From an uncultured delta proteobacterium (lineage in GTDB: Bacteria > Desulfobacterota > Binatia > UBA9968): a stretch of 64,000 nucleotides of DNA. The stretch spans positions 1 to 64,000 of the forward strand of contig CAWDPO010000011.1 of assembly GCA_963804165.1 (NCBI GenBank), written 5' to 3'. Below, in pieces: positions 11,686 to 21,601 of the stretch (position 1 is its first letter; each line of letters starts with the position of its first letter). A model generated the notes under the pieces. It made no database searches and was not told where the DNA came from. It worked only from the letters and a program-made list of their open reading frames with translations. Both the position numbers and the translations under genes were made by a program.

Positions 11686-12684
11686 ATGGAGCTTCGCCGA
11701 CTGAGACATAAGTTGTTGTTGCTCGCTTCATTGGCGTACGCTTTTTCGTTGGATGTGGTTTCCGCCCAAGACCTTAAGCGCCTACGCTATGGCACCACGA
11801 TCAGCACGGTGAATCTGCCGGTCTGGGTGGCCAAGGAGAGTCGGCTTTTTGCCAAGCATGGTCTCGACCCTGAAGTGATTATGATTCAGGCCGGCGCTTT
11901 GACGACGCTGGCGATTATCAGCGGTGAGTTGCAATTCTCCGGCGCGGGCGCCGCTTCCGTCTTAGCGGCACGAATCAAAGGCAGCGATATCGCGCTCGTC
12001 GCATGCCCGGCGGATTCCGATCTGGTTTACCTCATGGCGCGGCCCGAGATTAAAAACGCCGCCGAGCTAAAGGGCAAATCGAGCGCAGTGACGCGTTTGG
12101 GCTCGACTACCCATTTCTATTTACGCTCGGCGCTCAAGTACGCCGGACTCAATCCCGAGAAAGATGTAACGATCCTCCAACTCGGGACGGAATACGCGGC
12201 GGCTCTAGAGACAGGCAGAATCGCCGCCGCGGCATTGCCCTTCGATCTCGCCTTGCCATATTTGCAGAAGGGCTGGCCGGTCTTAATCGATTTGTCGAAG
12301 ACCGATTTCGTTTATCCCGCGTCTTGCGTGGTGAGCAGCCGCGCATTCGTCAAGGACAATCCCGATACCGTGGAACGTTTTCTCAAGGCCTATATTGAAG
12401 CGATTCACTTAATGAAGAAAGACCGAAACGCCGGGGAGAGAGCCTATAACAAATGGCTCAAACCAAAAGATACACTGCTCACTAAGAAGGCGGTCGAGGC
12501 TTACGCGAATCTATTCAAACCGATTCCTCGCGTCACGGATCGTGGCATTCAAGCTGTCTTGGAGGAGCTTGCGTTATCGACGCCCGTGCCGAAGGATCTG
12601 ATCGATCGTCCGGAATATTTTCGCGACAGCGGGCCGCTGGAAAAACTCATAAGTAGCGGTTGGATCGCGCAGCTCGCAAAATGA
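11686..12684 (+). CDS. ABC substrate-binding protein, SsuA/NMT1/THI5-like
   Basis: Signal peptide; LPVWVAKESRLFAKHGLD, LKGKSSAVTRLGSTT, GLNPEKDVTILQLG. Confidence 0.85.
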   Translation: MELRRLRHKLLLLASLAYAFSLDVVSAQDLKRLRYGTTISTVNLPVWVAKESRLFAKHGLDPEVIMIQAGALTTLAIISGELQFSGAGAASVLAARIKGSDIALVACPADSDLVYLMARPEIKNAAELKGKSSAVTRLGSTTHFYLRSALKYAGLNPEKDVTILQLGTEYAAALETGRIAAAALPFDLALPYLQKGWPVLIDLSKTDFVYPASCVVSSRAFVKDNPDTVERFLKAYIEAIHLMKKDRNAGERAYNKWLKPKDTLLTKKAVEAYANLFKPIPRVTDRGIQAVLEELALSTPVPKDLIDRPEYFRDSGPLEKLISSGWIAQLAK

Positions 12685-12700
12685 CTATTGCTGCGTAGGC

Positions 12701-12790
12701 GCAAAGAGCATAGGGCTAAGCGCATAGAGCTGAGGGCAAAGGGCGAAGAGCAATAAAGCAGAAGGCAGGGGCAGAAGGCAGAAACCAGAG
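12701..12790. repeat. Degenerate 7-mer tandem repeat (GCAAAGA/GCATAGA/GGCAGAA)
   Basis: gcaaagagcatagggctaagcgcatagagc...gcagaaggcaggggcagaaggcagaa in an intergenic region. Confidence 0.6.
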
Positions 12791-12837
12791 ATTAAGTAGA
12801 TTCAGGCAAACACGTTCGCAACGACGCGGAGGTTTTT

Positions 12838-13872
12838 ATGAAAAGACTAACTTCATGTGCCGTCTTCGTATTCGGCTTTGTCCTTCTCTCTGGCATTGCG
12901 CAGGCGCAGGAATTTTTTAAGGGGAAGTCCGTCACGATCATGGTGGGCAACTCGGTCGGAGGAGCGCAGGATGACTGGGCTCGCTTCCTCGCGCAGCATC
13001 TCGGCAGACACATACCAGGAAATCCGTCGATCATCGTGCAAAACATGCCCGGCGCCGGAGGCATTGTCGCCGCCAATCATGTTTATAACATCTCTAAACC
13101 GGACGGCTTGACTCTCGGCATGGTCAATCCGGCGATCTACACGGACCAGCTGCTCGGCGCAAAAGAAATAAAGTTCGACTGGCCAAAATTTGGCTGGATC
13201 GGTTCCCCGGAGCAAATCGATCAGGTTTTGTTCATGCGCACCGATACACCGTATAAGACGTTGGAGGATATTCGCAAGGCGGCGGAGGCGCCGCGCTGCG
13301 CGAGCCTGGCGCGCAGCGGGCTTGGTTATTTCCTGCCGAGGCTGATGGAAGAGGGGCTAGGTATGAAGTTTCAAATCGTCGTCGGATACGGCGGCGGCGG
13401 GGAGATGAATCTGGCGATCGAGAAGGGGGAAGTGGTGTGCCGCGCCGGCACGGTGTCGGCCTACGTTTCTCGCGAGCCGACGCGCACGTGGATCAAGAAC
13501 GGTTTCGTCCGCGCTCTGGTGCAGAGCGGGTCGAAGCGTTTTTCGAAATTGCCCGATGTGCCGACGATTTACGAATTGTTTGATGCCAACAAGACGCCCG
13601 ATGCCACCAAGCGCGTGGCAAAAGTCATGCTTTCCTCCGGCGAGCTCGGTCGCCCGATCATGGCGCCGCCGGCGACACCCGCCGACCGAATAAAGATTCT
13701 GCGCGACGCTTTTACGAAAAGCATGAGCGACCCCGCGCTATTGGCCGAAGCGAAAAAAAGAAACTGGGACATCGACTTGCTTAATGGGGAAGATCTGGAG
13801 GCGTTGGCGAAAGAAATCATGGTCCAGCCGCCGGAGGTCATCGAGAGAGTTAGGAAGATTTTGGGGAATTAA
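12838..13872 (+). CDS. TctC/Bug-like tripartite tricarboxylate transporter substrate-binding protein
   Basis: GG..D.WARFLAQHLGRHIPGNPSIIVQNMPGAGG, KPDGLT, GYGGGGE. Confidence 0.88.
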   Translation: MKRLTSCAVFVFGFVLLSGIAQAQEFFKGKSVTIMVGNSVGGAQDDWARFLAQHLGRHIPGNPSIIVQNMPGAGGIVAANHVYNISKPDGLTLGMVNPAIYTDQLLGAKEIKFDWPKFGWIGSPEQIDQVLFMRTDTPYKTLEDIRKAAEAPRCASLARSGLGYFLPRLMEEGLGMKFQIVVGYGGGGEMNLAIEKGEVVCRAGTVSAYVSREPTRTWIKNGFVRALVQSGSKRFSKLPDVPTIYELFDANKTPDATKRVAKVMLSSGELGRPIMAPPATPADRIKILRDAFTKSMSDPALLAEAKKRNWDIDLLNGEDLEALAKEIMVQPPEVIERVRKILGN

Positions 13873-13899
13873 AGCGCAGTAAATTTTAAGGGCCCGGGA

Positions 13900-14814
13900 T
13901 CAGCCGCTCCGCGAGATCAAGCGCCGTATACGGCTCCAGGCTTCGACCAAGCCACCGGGGAGAAACAACACGACGAGCATGAAAAGCACGCCGAAGATGA
14001 TCAGATGAAATTCCACTAATTTTACCGCCAGCAATTCTCTTAAAATGACGTAAAAGAGCGCGCCGAGCACAGGGCCGTGGACGGTGCCGACACCGCCGAT
14101 ATAAGACATCAGCACGGCGTCGAAAGTCCACGCTGGAGAAAAAGTGTGCTGAGGGTAGTAACTAACGTGATAATAGGCGAAGGCGCCGCCGGCTAGTCCG
14201 GCCAACGCGGTGGAGAGCGCCAACGCGAGAAGCTTGTGGCGGAGCGCGCTCACGCCCGTGGCTTCGGCGGCGGCTTCGTCTTCGCGCACGGCTCGGATGC
14301 CGAGGCCGAGGCGCGAGGGGACCAGCCATGCAACCACTCCTACGCTCACCATGGCCATGGCTAGAGTCAGATAATAACGTGGCAAAATATTGTACGAAGT
14401 AAGTTCCGTTGCCGGGATCGTGGAAATCTGCGGCAACAAATTTCCGATCGTGATGCGCAGTATCTCAGCTAATCCCAGCGTGCCAATGGCGAAATAGGCG
14501 CCGCGCAGGCGGAAAGCCGGGACGCCGATAAGCAATCCAAATAACATCGCCACGAGCGCGCCGGGGAAAAGCGCCAAGATCAGCGGCGTGCCGCCGACCC
14601 AAAGCGTACGCGTGACCAGCGCGCCGAGTCCGAAAAATGCCGCGTGGCCAAGATTGATCTGGCCGGCGTAGCCGCCGAGCAGATTCCAGCTCTGCGCCAG
14701 GACGACGGCGAGAAAAATTTGCACGCAGAGATTGAGCAGATCGCTGCGCATCGTAAGGAGCGGCAGCACGGCGAACGCCGCGGCGAGCACGATTCCCGAA
14801 CCAAGCAATTTCAC
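13900..14814 (-). CDS. livM: Branched-chain amino acid-type ABC permease (LivM-like)
   Basis: WNLLGGYAGQINLGHAAFFGLG, RLRGAYFAIGTL, AVREDEAAAEATG. Confidence 0.9.
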   Translation of the reverse strand: MKLLGSGIVLAAAFAVLPLLTMRSDLLNLCVQIFLAVVLAQSWNLLGGYAGQINLGHAAFFGLGALVTRTLWVGGTPLILALFPGALVAMLFGLLIGVPAFRLRGAYFAIGTLGLAEILRITIGNLLPQISTIPATELTSYNILPRYYLTLAMAMVSVGVVAWLVPSRLGLGIRAVREDEAAAEATGVSALRHKLLALALSTALAGLAGGAFAYYHVSYYPQHTFSPAWTFDAVLMSYIGGVGTVHGPVLGALFYVILRELLAVKLVEFHLIIFGVLFMLVVLFLPGGLVEAWSRIRRLISRSG

Positions 14815-15683
14815 GGGCGCGCTCCGAAGAGCCCCTGGGGCCGCACCACCAAAACGATGAGGAAAAGAATCAGTCCGACGACTTCACGGTACGGACCGCC
14901 GATAAACACCACGCTCATCGCTTCGGCGAGGCCGAGGATGATGCCGCCGGCGAAACTGCCGAAGAGCGAGCCAAGGCCGGCGAGAACGATGACGACCAGA
15001 GCCTTGAGCGTCCACTCCAGACCGATGGATGGACTGATCGCGTAGGAAACGCTGACGAGTCCTCCCGCGATTCCGGCGAGCGCGGTGCCGAGGGCAAAGG
15101 CGAGCAGGTAAGTCTTTCCGACCGGGATTCCCATTAGAGCCGCAGCTTCCCAATCTTCGGCGGTGGCGCGAATCGCGCGTCCCCAGCGCGCCTTGGCGAG
15201 AAACAGATGGAGCGCGATTAGAATTGCAAACGCGAACACGAGGCTGCTCAGGCGCAACCACGGAATTGCCAAACCGCCGAGCCGCAGCACCGCGCCGGCG
15301 TAGGCGGTTGTCACGGCGCGTTCGTCCGCGGTCCAAAGTCGAATGGCGAGAGCGTGCAAAACCAGCGTGAGGCCGAAACCGATGAGCAGCGAATTTTTGA
15401 TGCGCGTTTCTTCGTGAGCTTTGACAACGAACTGAAATAGCGCCCAATAAAGCAATAGTCCGAGCACGAACATCGCCGGGGCGACGGCGAGCAGCGAAAC
15501 AAACGGATCGATCTGCCAAATAGTGAACAGCCAAAAAGTGCCGTAGCCGCCGAGCATGAGCAGCTCGCCGTGGGCGACGTTCAAGACCCGGAGCACGCCG
15601 AACGTCAACGAGAGTCCAGCGGCCGCCAAGCCGTAGAGGCCGCCAACGAGGAGTCCAAGAATGAGTTGTTGGGTGAGGATCAT
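14811..15683 (-). CDS. livH: Branched-chain amino acid-type ABC permease (LivH-like)
   Basis: GLSLTFGVLRVLNVAHGE, GRAIRATAED..AAALMGI. Confidence 0.9.
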   Translation of the reverse strand: MILTQQLILGLLVGGLYGLAAAGLSLTFGVLRVLNVAHGELLMLGGYGTFWLFTIWQIDPFVSLLAVAPAMFVLGLLLYWALFQFVVKAHEETRIKNSLLIGFGLTLVLHALAIRLWTADERAVTTAYAGAVLRLGGLAIPWLRLSSLVFAFAILIALHLFLAKARWGRAIRATAEDWEAAALMGIPVGKTYLLAFALGTALAGIAGGLVSVSYAISPSIGLEWTLKALVVIVLAGLGSLFGSFAGGIILGLAEAMSVVFIGGPYREVVGLILFLIVLVVRPQGLFGARP

Positions 15684-15753
15684 CCGGGATCCTGTGAGAA
15701 TTTGTTCCGCGTCGTTTTAGTCACGTGATTGCGCACAGACGTGTCTGTCATTT

Positions 15754-16123
15754 GTCACTCCCGTGAAAACGGGAATCCAGTCCGTTGGTTCCTGAGTTCT
15801 CAAATAATCCCTTCCCACAAGTCCTTTCAATCAGGATTTTGTTCCTCGATCAGATCCAACTTCCACGCCCGGTTCCACTTCTTCATTTGTTTCTCCCTTG
15901 TTATCGCTGACATCATATTGTCGTGTAGCTCATAATAGACCAGAAGGTGAACTGCATACTGCTTTGTGAAGCCTGCGGTTAAATCATTCCTGTGTTGCCA
16001 TGCACGTTTTTGGAGATTGCTCGTGACCCCGATATAAAGCGTTCCATTTCGTTTACTCGCCAGGATGTAGACGCCCGGCTGTTTGGATATCTTAACCTGG
16101 ATTCCCGTTTTCACGGGAATGAC
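15754..16123. repeat. Inverted 27-nt palindromic repeats (family D) bracketing the GIY-YIG gene
   Basis: 15754-15780 GTCACTCCCGTGAAAACGGGAATCCAG versus the reverse complement of 16097-16123, 26/27 identical; each arm is itself a hairpin (ATTCCCG-N6-CGGGAAT type). Confidence 0.9.
15800..16090 (-). pseudogene. GIY-YIG nuclease family gene, probably degenerate
   Basis: PGVYILASKRNGTLYIGVTSNL...AITREKQMKKWNRAWKLDLIEEQNPD*KDLWEGII*. TGA at 15827-15829 sits where NPxWxDL has Trp, and the probable start reads ATA (16088-16090). Confidence 0.82.
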
Positions 16124-16174
16124 GTCGCGCACGGCTCACGCATCGCGGTAACTCTGTTGTTCTTCGAGTCAAGA

Positions 16175-16900
16175 TCACGCAAATGTTCCCCGTGCCAGCG
16201 GACCCAGGTATGCCGCGCGAACGTGATCGTCATCGAGCAACTTTCGGCCTTCGCCCTCGCCGACGATTCGTCCACTTTCGAGAATGTAAGCGCGCTGAGC
16301 GAGTGCCAAGACGGCGTGAACGTTTTGCTCGACGATCAGCAGGCTCATGCCGTCTCGATGGAGTTGCGTGAGAATCGACAGGATCGACTCAACAACCTTC
16401 GGCGCCAAGCCGAGCGACGGCTCGTCGAGCAAGAGCAGGCGCGGCAGTCCCATGAGCGCGCGCCCGAGCGCGAGCATCTGCTGCTCGCCGCCCGACAGCG
16501 ATCCGGCGCGTTGTTTCTGGCGTTCGAACAGACGGGGAAAAAGCCTGAAGATGTTATCGATCTGAGCGCTTTTCTCCTTTTGGGCGCGCCGGGTAAAGGC
16601 GCCGAGCTCGAGATTCTCGCGCACCGTCATCGCCGCGAACAGCCTTCGCCCCTCCGGTACCAACGCGATGCCGTGTTCGACGATGCGTTGCGGCGAGACA
16701 CCGCTGATGATTTCGTCTTGCCATCGCATTACGCCGGCGCGCGGTGCGAGCAGTCCTGAAATCGCTTTCAGCAAAGTCGTTTTGCCGGCGCCGTTGGGAC
16801 CGACGAGCGCGACCATTTCGCCTGGGTGAATGACCAAATCGACCCCGTGCAGGACCGGAAGCGGGCCGTAGGCGACTTGGAGATTTTTTACTTCGAGCAT
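16175..16900 (-). CDS. livF: ABC ATP-binding protein (LivF-like)
   Basis: GPNGAGKTT, LSGGEQQM, LLLDEPSLGLAP. Confidence 0.93.
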   Translation of the reverse strand: MLEVKNLQVAYGPLPVLHGVDLVIHPGEMVALVGPNGAGKTTLLKAISGLLAPRAGVMRWQDEIISGVSPQRIVEHGIALVPEGRRLFAAMTVRENLELGAFTRRAQKEKSAQIDNIFRLFPRLFERQKQRAGSLSGGEQQMLALGRALMGLPRLLLLDEPSLGLAPKVVESILSILTQLHRDGMSLLIVEQNVHAVLALAQRAYILESGRIVGEGEGRKLLDDDHVRAAYLGPLARGTFA

Positions 16901-16920
16901 GCTTCACTCATAAAAACCCG

Positions 16921-17020
16921 TTTCAATCGTTCCAAGGGTTCCAATTGTTCCATACGTTTGTTTCGGAAATTTCCTTGAACGATTGGAACGACTTGAACCA
17001 TTGGAACGGCTGGAACGTTC
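16921..17020. repeat. Inverted tandem 9-mer repeat (GTTCCAATC/GTTCAA family E)
   Basis: ttcaatcgttccaagggttccaattgttcca ... ttgaacgattggaacgacttgaaccattggaacggctggaac; relatives at about 37622-37668, 43607-43646 and 58809-58924. Confidence 0.75.
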
Positions 17021-17747
17021 AACCCGAGTTGCTTTCCCCGAGATAGACTTCGATAACATGCGTATCCTTGGCGATGCTCGCCGGCGCCCCGTCGGCGATT
17101 TTTTCCCCTGCGCTGAGAACCACAATGCGATGCGAGACATCGAGTAGCGCCCAGACGATATGCTCCACCAGGACGACGGTCAGACCGCCGCGCTGCAACT
17201 GTCGAATGAGGTTTATCGCCGCCGCGGTTTCAGTCGGGGTCAATCCCGCCATGAATTCGTCGAGCAATAAAAGTTTCGGCGACGTCGCCAGGGCGCGGGC
17301 CAATTCGAGGCGCTTTCGATCCATCACCGTGAGAGTGTTCGCAGGATGATCCGACCGGCCCGCCAAACCGACCGAAGTCAAAAGTTCGCCGGCCTTGTCG
17401 CGCGCCTTGGATCCCGTAAGCCGATCTCTGCCGTAGCCGAGACCGACGAGAACATTCTCCTCAGCGGTGAGGCCGAGGAATGGACGCACAAGCTGAAAAG
17501 TTCGCGCCAGGCCGCGATGACAAAGCTGATGGGGCGGCAGTTTATTGGTACGCTCGTCCTGAAAGAAAATGTCCCCACTATCCGGATAAAAAACACCGCT
17601 GACGAGATTGAACAGCGTCGTTTTTCCCGATCCGTTCGGACCCATGATGCCGAGGATCTCGCCCTCTTCAACGGTCAAACTGATATCTTTGACCGCAGCG
17701 ACGCCGCCGAAGGTCTTGGTAGCTTTCCTTACAGTCAGCAGGGACAT
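17019..17747 (-). CDS. livG: ABC ATP-binding protein (LivG-like)
   Basis: GPNGSGKTT, GLARTFQ, LLLDE..AGL, VYLG C-terminus. Confidence 0.92.
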   Translation of the reverse strand: MSLLTVRKATKTFGGVAAVKDISLTVEEGEILGIMGPNGSGKTTLFNLVSGVFYPDSGDIFFQDERTNKLPPHQLCHRGLARTFQLVRPFLGLTAEENVLVGLGYGRDRLTGSKARDKAGELLTSVGLAGRSDHPANTLTVMDRKRLELARALATSPKLLLLDEFMAGLTPTETAAAINLIRQLQRGGLTVVLVEHIVWALLDVSHRIVVLSAGEKIADGAPASIAKDTHVIEVYLGESNSG

Positions 17748-17812
17748 TGTTGAATTGGCAAGAAGGGATTACGAGCGTAAGTGAGCTTCGACTGTGGTGG
17801 CAAGAATGTGAC

Positions 17813-19006
17813 TTAGCGCTGGTTGAAAGGCAGCGCCGGATAAGCAAAGGCTGCGGTGGCGTTTTCTTTGGGCCAAATTAGATGTTGTTTCCCCTTTTGC
17901 CACTGAATAAATACGCCGGAAATCTCTGCTGTTCCATCCGCGCGGAAGCGCAAGGGGCCCGACACCGTCATCATATTCGTGCTCGCTAGTGCTTGGCGAA
18001 GCGCATCGCGGTCCACCGCCTTGGCTCTCGTCAGCGCATCGGCAAGGATCTGGACAACGGCGTAACCGGGACCTACGACGGGGTCGGCCAGCCGTTTGTG
18101 TTTGCGTATATAAGTATCGTTCAGCTCCTTGACCTGCGGATACTTGAGGGCGGCGTGCCAACCAGTGCCCAATATCGTGTAGTCACCCGCGGCGCCAAGA
18201 TTGTTCGTCCAAGCCGGCGAGTCTGACCCGCGCAGCAACACCAGAAACTTCGGCGTAAAATCCAGCTCTTTCATTTGTTTGACCAGCGTCATGCCGTCGG
18301 GCGGTGATGGCACGCCCAAGACCGACTCAGCGCCTGCTGATCTGGCCTGTAAGATCAGGTTCGAGAAATCTTTGGCACCTGGCGCATATTCTCCCTTCAC
18401 GACGACTTCATACCCGGCTTCCTTTCCGAACGATTCCCAGTAACCGCCGATTTCTTGTCCCCAATCGGTTTTCTCCAGAAACAAAGCTACCTTCTTGGGA
18501 CGTTGATTCTCCGCCAGTGAGCCATTGAGAAGACGATAGGTTTCTCTGGCGATTTGCGGCGACTTCCAAAAAGGCGAGAAGAGATAGCGATAGCCCTGCT
18601 TGTGAATGCTCTCCAGGGCAAATCCCACACCGAGGTAGGGAATCCGATTCTTCTCAGCGACGGTGGCGCCCGCGGCATGAAGATCAGAGCCGACTCCTCC
18701 CAAGTAAACGACCACGCCCTGAGCGGCGTGAGTCTCCAATCGCGCGACGGTTTTAGTTGCATCGGATTCGTCATCGAGCACGATCAACTCCAAAAGTAAA
18801 CGCCGGCTCCCCACTTGGACCCCGCCGCCGGCGTTGATTTTCTCCACGGCAATGTCGTAACCGTGTTTGAGTTCATTGCCGATGGCGGCGTAGCGACCGG
18901 TGAGAGGCGTTACGACGCCGACCTTAATGGTTTGCCCCATTGCCGCAATGCCAAAGCCGAGCCATGCGATCTGCATTGCCAGAAAAGCCGAAATGATCGG
19001 TTTCAT
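17813..19006 (-). CDS. Amino acid ABC substrate-binding protein (LivK/LivJ-like)
   Basis: IKVGVVTPLTGRYAAIG, INAGGG, DDESD; start placed at MKPIIS after a GAGG RBS. Confidence 0.88.
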   Translation of the reverse strand: MKPIISAFLAMQIAWLGFGIAAMGQTIKVGVVTPLTGRYAAIGNELKHGYDIAVEKINAGGGVQVGSRRLLLELIVLDDESDATKTVARLETHAAQGVVVYLGGVGSDLHAAGATVAEKNRIPYLGVGFALESIHKQGYRYLFSPFWKSPQIARETYRLLNGSLAENQRPKKVALFLEKTDWGQEIGGYWESFGKEAGYEVVVKGEYAPGAKDFSNLILQARSAGAESVLGVPSPPDGMTLVKQMKELDFTPKFLVLLRGSDSPAWTNNLGAAGDYTILGTGWHAALKYPQVKELNDTYIRKHKRLADPVVGPGYAVVQILADALTRAKAVDRDALRQALASTNMMTVSGPLRFRADGTAEISGVFIQWQKGKQHLIWPKENATAAFAYPALPFNQR

Positions 19007-19107
19007 GATCGCCTCGCCTATTGAATCGAGTATACCTTTCATGTCTTCACGAGCGCATCCGAGCAGCGCACGATAAGGTTGCGCAGAACGGCCCAGGCTC
19101 ATGGCGG

Positions 19108-20301
19108 CTATCGCTGACTAAACGCCGGCGCGGGATAGCCAAAGGGCGCGGTTGCAAACTCTTTGGGCCAGACGAGTTCCTGCTTGCCTTTGAGCCATTG
19201 TTGGAAAAAGACCCTGACTTCTCCAGTGCCGTCATCGCGGAAACGCACCGGCCCGACGACTGTCGTCATTTTCGTGGCGGCGATGGCGTCGCGGATCTTG
19301 TCGCGGTCTAAAGTCTTCGCGCGAGTCACCGCGTCGGCAAGTATCTGCAAGCAAGCGTAGGACGGCCCGACGAGCGGGTCCGCGGGCCGATTAAATCGTT
19401 TTTGATGTGCTTCGTTCAATTCGGCGACTCTCGGATAGCGGGCGGCGAAGTGCCAGCCGGGCGACAGCAGAACGTAATCGCCGTCCTTACCAAGGTTCTG
19501 CGACCAGACGGGCGGGTCGGCGGCGCGAATAAAAACGTTCACTTTGGTATTGAAATCCAGTTCCTTCATCTGCTTGATGAGAGTCATGCCATCCGGCGGC
19601 GAGGGTAGGGCAAGCACGGTTTCAGCTCCCGCTGATTTCGCTTTCAAGATCAGATCGGAGAAATCCTTGGAGCCGGGCGCATACTCGCCACTCGCCACGA
19701 TCTGATAGCCATGATTCTTTGCCGTGCTTGCCCAGAGCGAGCCCATCTCTTTTCCCCAGTCCGTACGTTCAAGAAAGAGCGCGACCTTGCGCGGTCGCTG
19801 GGCGGCCGGGATTGCGGCGTCGAGAAAGTCAAAAGTTTCATTTGTCAGGTCTGGAGATTTTGGAAAAGGAGAAAAAAGATAGCGCAAGCCCTGCCGGTGA
19901 ATGCCTTGAAGTGCGAAGGCGATGCCGAGATAGGGAATCTTATTTTTATCGGCGATGGAAGAAGCGGCGGCGTGCAGGTCGGAGCCCGCGCCGCCCAGAT
20001 AGGCCACGACGCCTTGAGAGGCGAGCGTCTCCATGCGCGCGACCGTTTTTGTCGGATCCGACTCGTCGTCCAACATGATCAATTCGATTTGCAGGTTCTT
20101 GCCGCCGACCGTCACGCCGCCCGCTGCGTTTAGGTGCTGCACGCCAATGTCATAGCCGGTTTTGACCTGGCCGCCGAGCGCCGCATATCTCCCGGTGAGC
20201 GGCACCACCGCGCCGACTTTTACAGTTTGCGCAACGCCGTTGACGGGGTCGCTAAGTAGAGCGAGCGCGATGGAAACCAATAGGAGTATTGTCCACTTCA
20301 T
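19108..20301 (-). CDS. Amino acid ABC substrate-binding protein (LivK/LivJ-like), paralog of the adjacent gene
   Basis: VKVGAVVPLTGRYAALG, DDESDP; clearly similar to 17813..19006. Confidence 0.9.
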   Translation of the reverse strand: MKWTILLLVSIALALLSDPVNGVAQTVKVGAVVPLTGRYAALGGQVKTGYDIGVQHLNAAGGVTVGGKNLQIELIMLDDESDPTKTVARMETLASQGVVAYLGGAGSDLHAAASSIADKNKIPYLGIAFALQGIHRQGLRYLFSPFPKSPDLTNETFDFLDAAIPAAQRPRKVALFLERTDWGKEMGSLWASTAKNHGYQIVASGEYAPGSKDFSDLILKAKSAGAETVLALPSPPDGMTLIKQMKELDFNTKVNVFIRAADPPVWSQNLGKDGDYVLLSPGWHFAARYPRVAELNEAHQKRFNRPADPLVGPSYACLQILADAVTRAKTLDRDKIRDAIAATKMTTVVGPVRFRDDGTGEVRVFFQQWLKGKQELVWPKEFATAPFGYPAPAFSQR

Positions 20302-20370
20302 GTTGTCCTCCCACGGCCAGGGTTATTGAGCCGCGACGATAGATAGCACTGTCGAATCGGCGCGTCAAAG

Positions 20371-21474
20371 TTAAACCGTTCCCCATACCTGACGGGTGGT
20401 GTCGATGACCAGTTTCAGCTTCTGCCATTGCTGGTCTTCGGTCAGCAAGTTTCCTTCCATAGTCGAGGCGAAGCCGCACTGCGGACTGATGGCGAGATTT
20501 TCCAGCGGCACGTATTTTTCCGCTTCATCGATCCGGCGCGCGAGCTGTTCACGGGATTCAAGCTCAGGCAGCTTGCTGCTGACGAGTCCCAACACGACCG
20601 TCTTGTCGCGCGGCACGAAGCGCAACGGCTCGAAGGTGCCGGCACGCTCCGACTCGTATTCGAGCAGGAATGCATCGACGTTGAGCCGGCCGAATAATTT
20701 CTCCGCGATGGCATCGTAGCCGCCTTCGGCGTACCACTGGCTGCGATTATTGCCGCGGCAAAGGTGGATCGCCAGAGTCACGCCCGGACGTTTGGCACCT
20801 TCCAAGCAGGCATTGTCGGCGCGAATCGCTTCGTCGAGCGCCTGCTCGGGATCGAGCCCCATTTCATTCTTTACGTAGCTGCGCCATTTCGGATCGATAT
20901 AGTAACTGTAGCGCGGCGCGTCGATCTGGACGTATTGCGCTCCCTCGTTGACCAAGGCCTGAATTTCCGCCTTGATGATCGGTACGATGTCCGAGAGAAA
21001 GTCGGCATAAGTTGGATAGACTTTGTCGCTGATGCCTTTCTTATAGTAGATGGCGGGAAATTGATTAGCCGTGGGCAGAGTCACTTTCACGTCGCCGGGA
21101 CTATGCTGCTTGAGGAAAACGAATTCATGGCCGGTCAAACGCCGCGTCTGTTTGATTTTGCTGACGACGGTACCGGGCACCATCGAAGGACGGGGCGACG
21201 CGCCGGCCGGCGTTTGCCAAGTACGGGCAACGGCCACGCCTTCATCGATTCCCTCCACCGCGTCGTTGAAGTCGCTCATGAAGTTGCCGCGGCGCAGCTC
21301 GCCGTCGGTAAAGATCTTGAAGCCGAGCTCCTTCTGCCGTTCGATGACTCTCAGGACGTGCTTGTCCTCGAGCGCACGCAGTTCCTCTAATCCGACGTTC
21401 GCGCTGCGCGCTTGGAGCAGATCCGCCGGACGAAGAAAACTACCGATATGATCCGCGCGATATTTAGCTGGCAT
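20371..21474 (-). CDS. Cobalamin-independent methionine synthase II (MetE C-terminal-like) family protein
   Basis: RADHIGSFLRP, TDGELRR, QIDAP, HLCRGN, LEY, SPQCGFAS zinc ligands. Confidence 0.9.
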   Translation of the reverse strand: MPAKYRADHIGSFLRPADLLQARSANVGLEELRALEDKHVLRVIERQKELGFKIFTDGELRRGNFMSDFNDAVEGIDEGVAVARTWQTPAGASPRPSMVPGTVVSKIKQTRRLTGHEFVFLKQHSPGDVKVTLPTANQFPAIYYKKGISDKVYPTYADFLSDIVPIIKAEIQALVNEGAQYVQIDAPRYSYYIDPKWRSYVKNEMGLDPEQALDEAIRADNACLEGAKRPGVTLAIHLCRGNNRSQWYAEGGYDAIAEKLFGRLNVDAFLLEYESERAGTFEPLRFVPRDKTVVLGLVSSKLPELESREQLARRIDEAEKYVPLENLAISPQCGFASTMEGNLLTEDQQWQKLKLVIDTTRQVWGTV

Positions 21475-21492
21475 ATTTCCTCCTTAAGAATA

Positions 21493-21597
21493 TGGAGTTA
21501 TGGAGTGTTGGAGTAATGGAGTATTGGGCAAAGGACGCGACCTTTGCGCCTCCGCGGTGCAACCATCACTCCACCACTCCAATACTCCATCACTCCA
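21493..21597. repeat. Inverted tandem 8-mer repeat (TGGAGTRN / CACTCCA family F)
   Basis: tggagttatggagtgttggagtaatggagtattggg ... ccatcactccaccactccaatactccatcactcca. Confidence 0.8.
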
Positions 21598-21601
21598 ATT
21601 T

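Noticed and set aside
15827-15829. In-frame TGA in the second GIY-YIG gene as a possible selenocysteine
   Set aside because: It aligns with a conserved Trp (NPxWxDL), not Cys, and the start codon also looks mutated; a nonsense change or read error is more likely.
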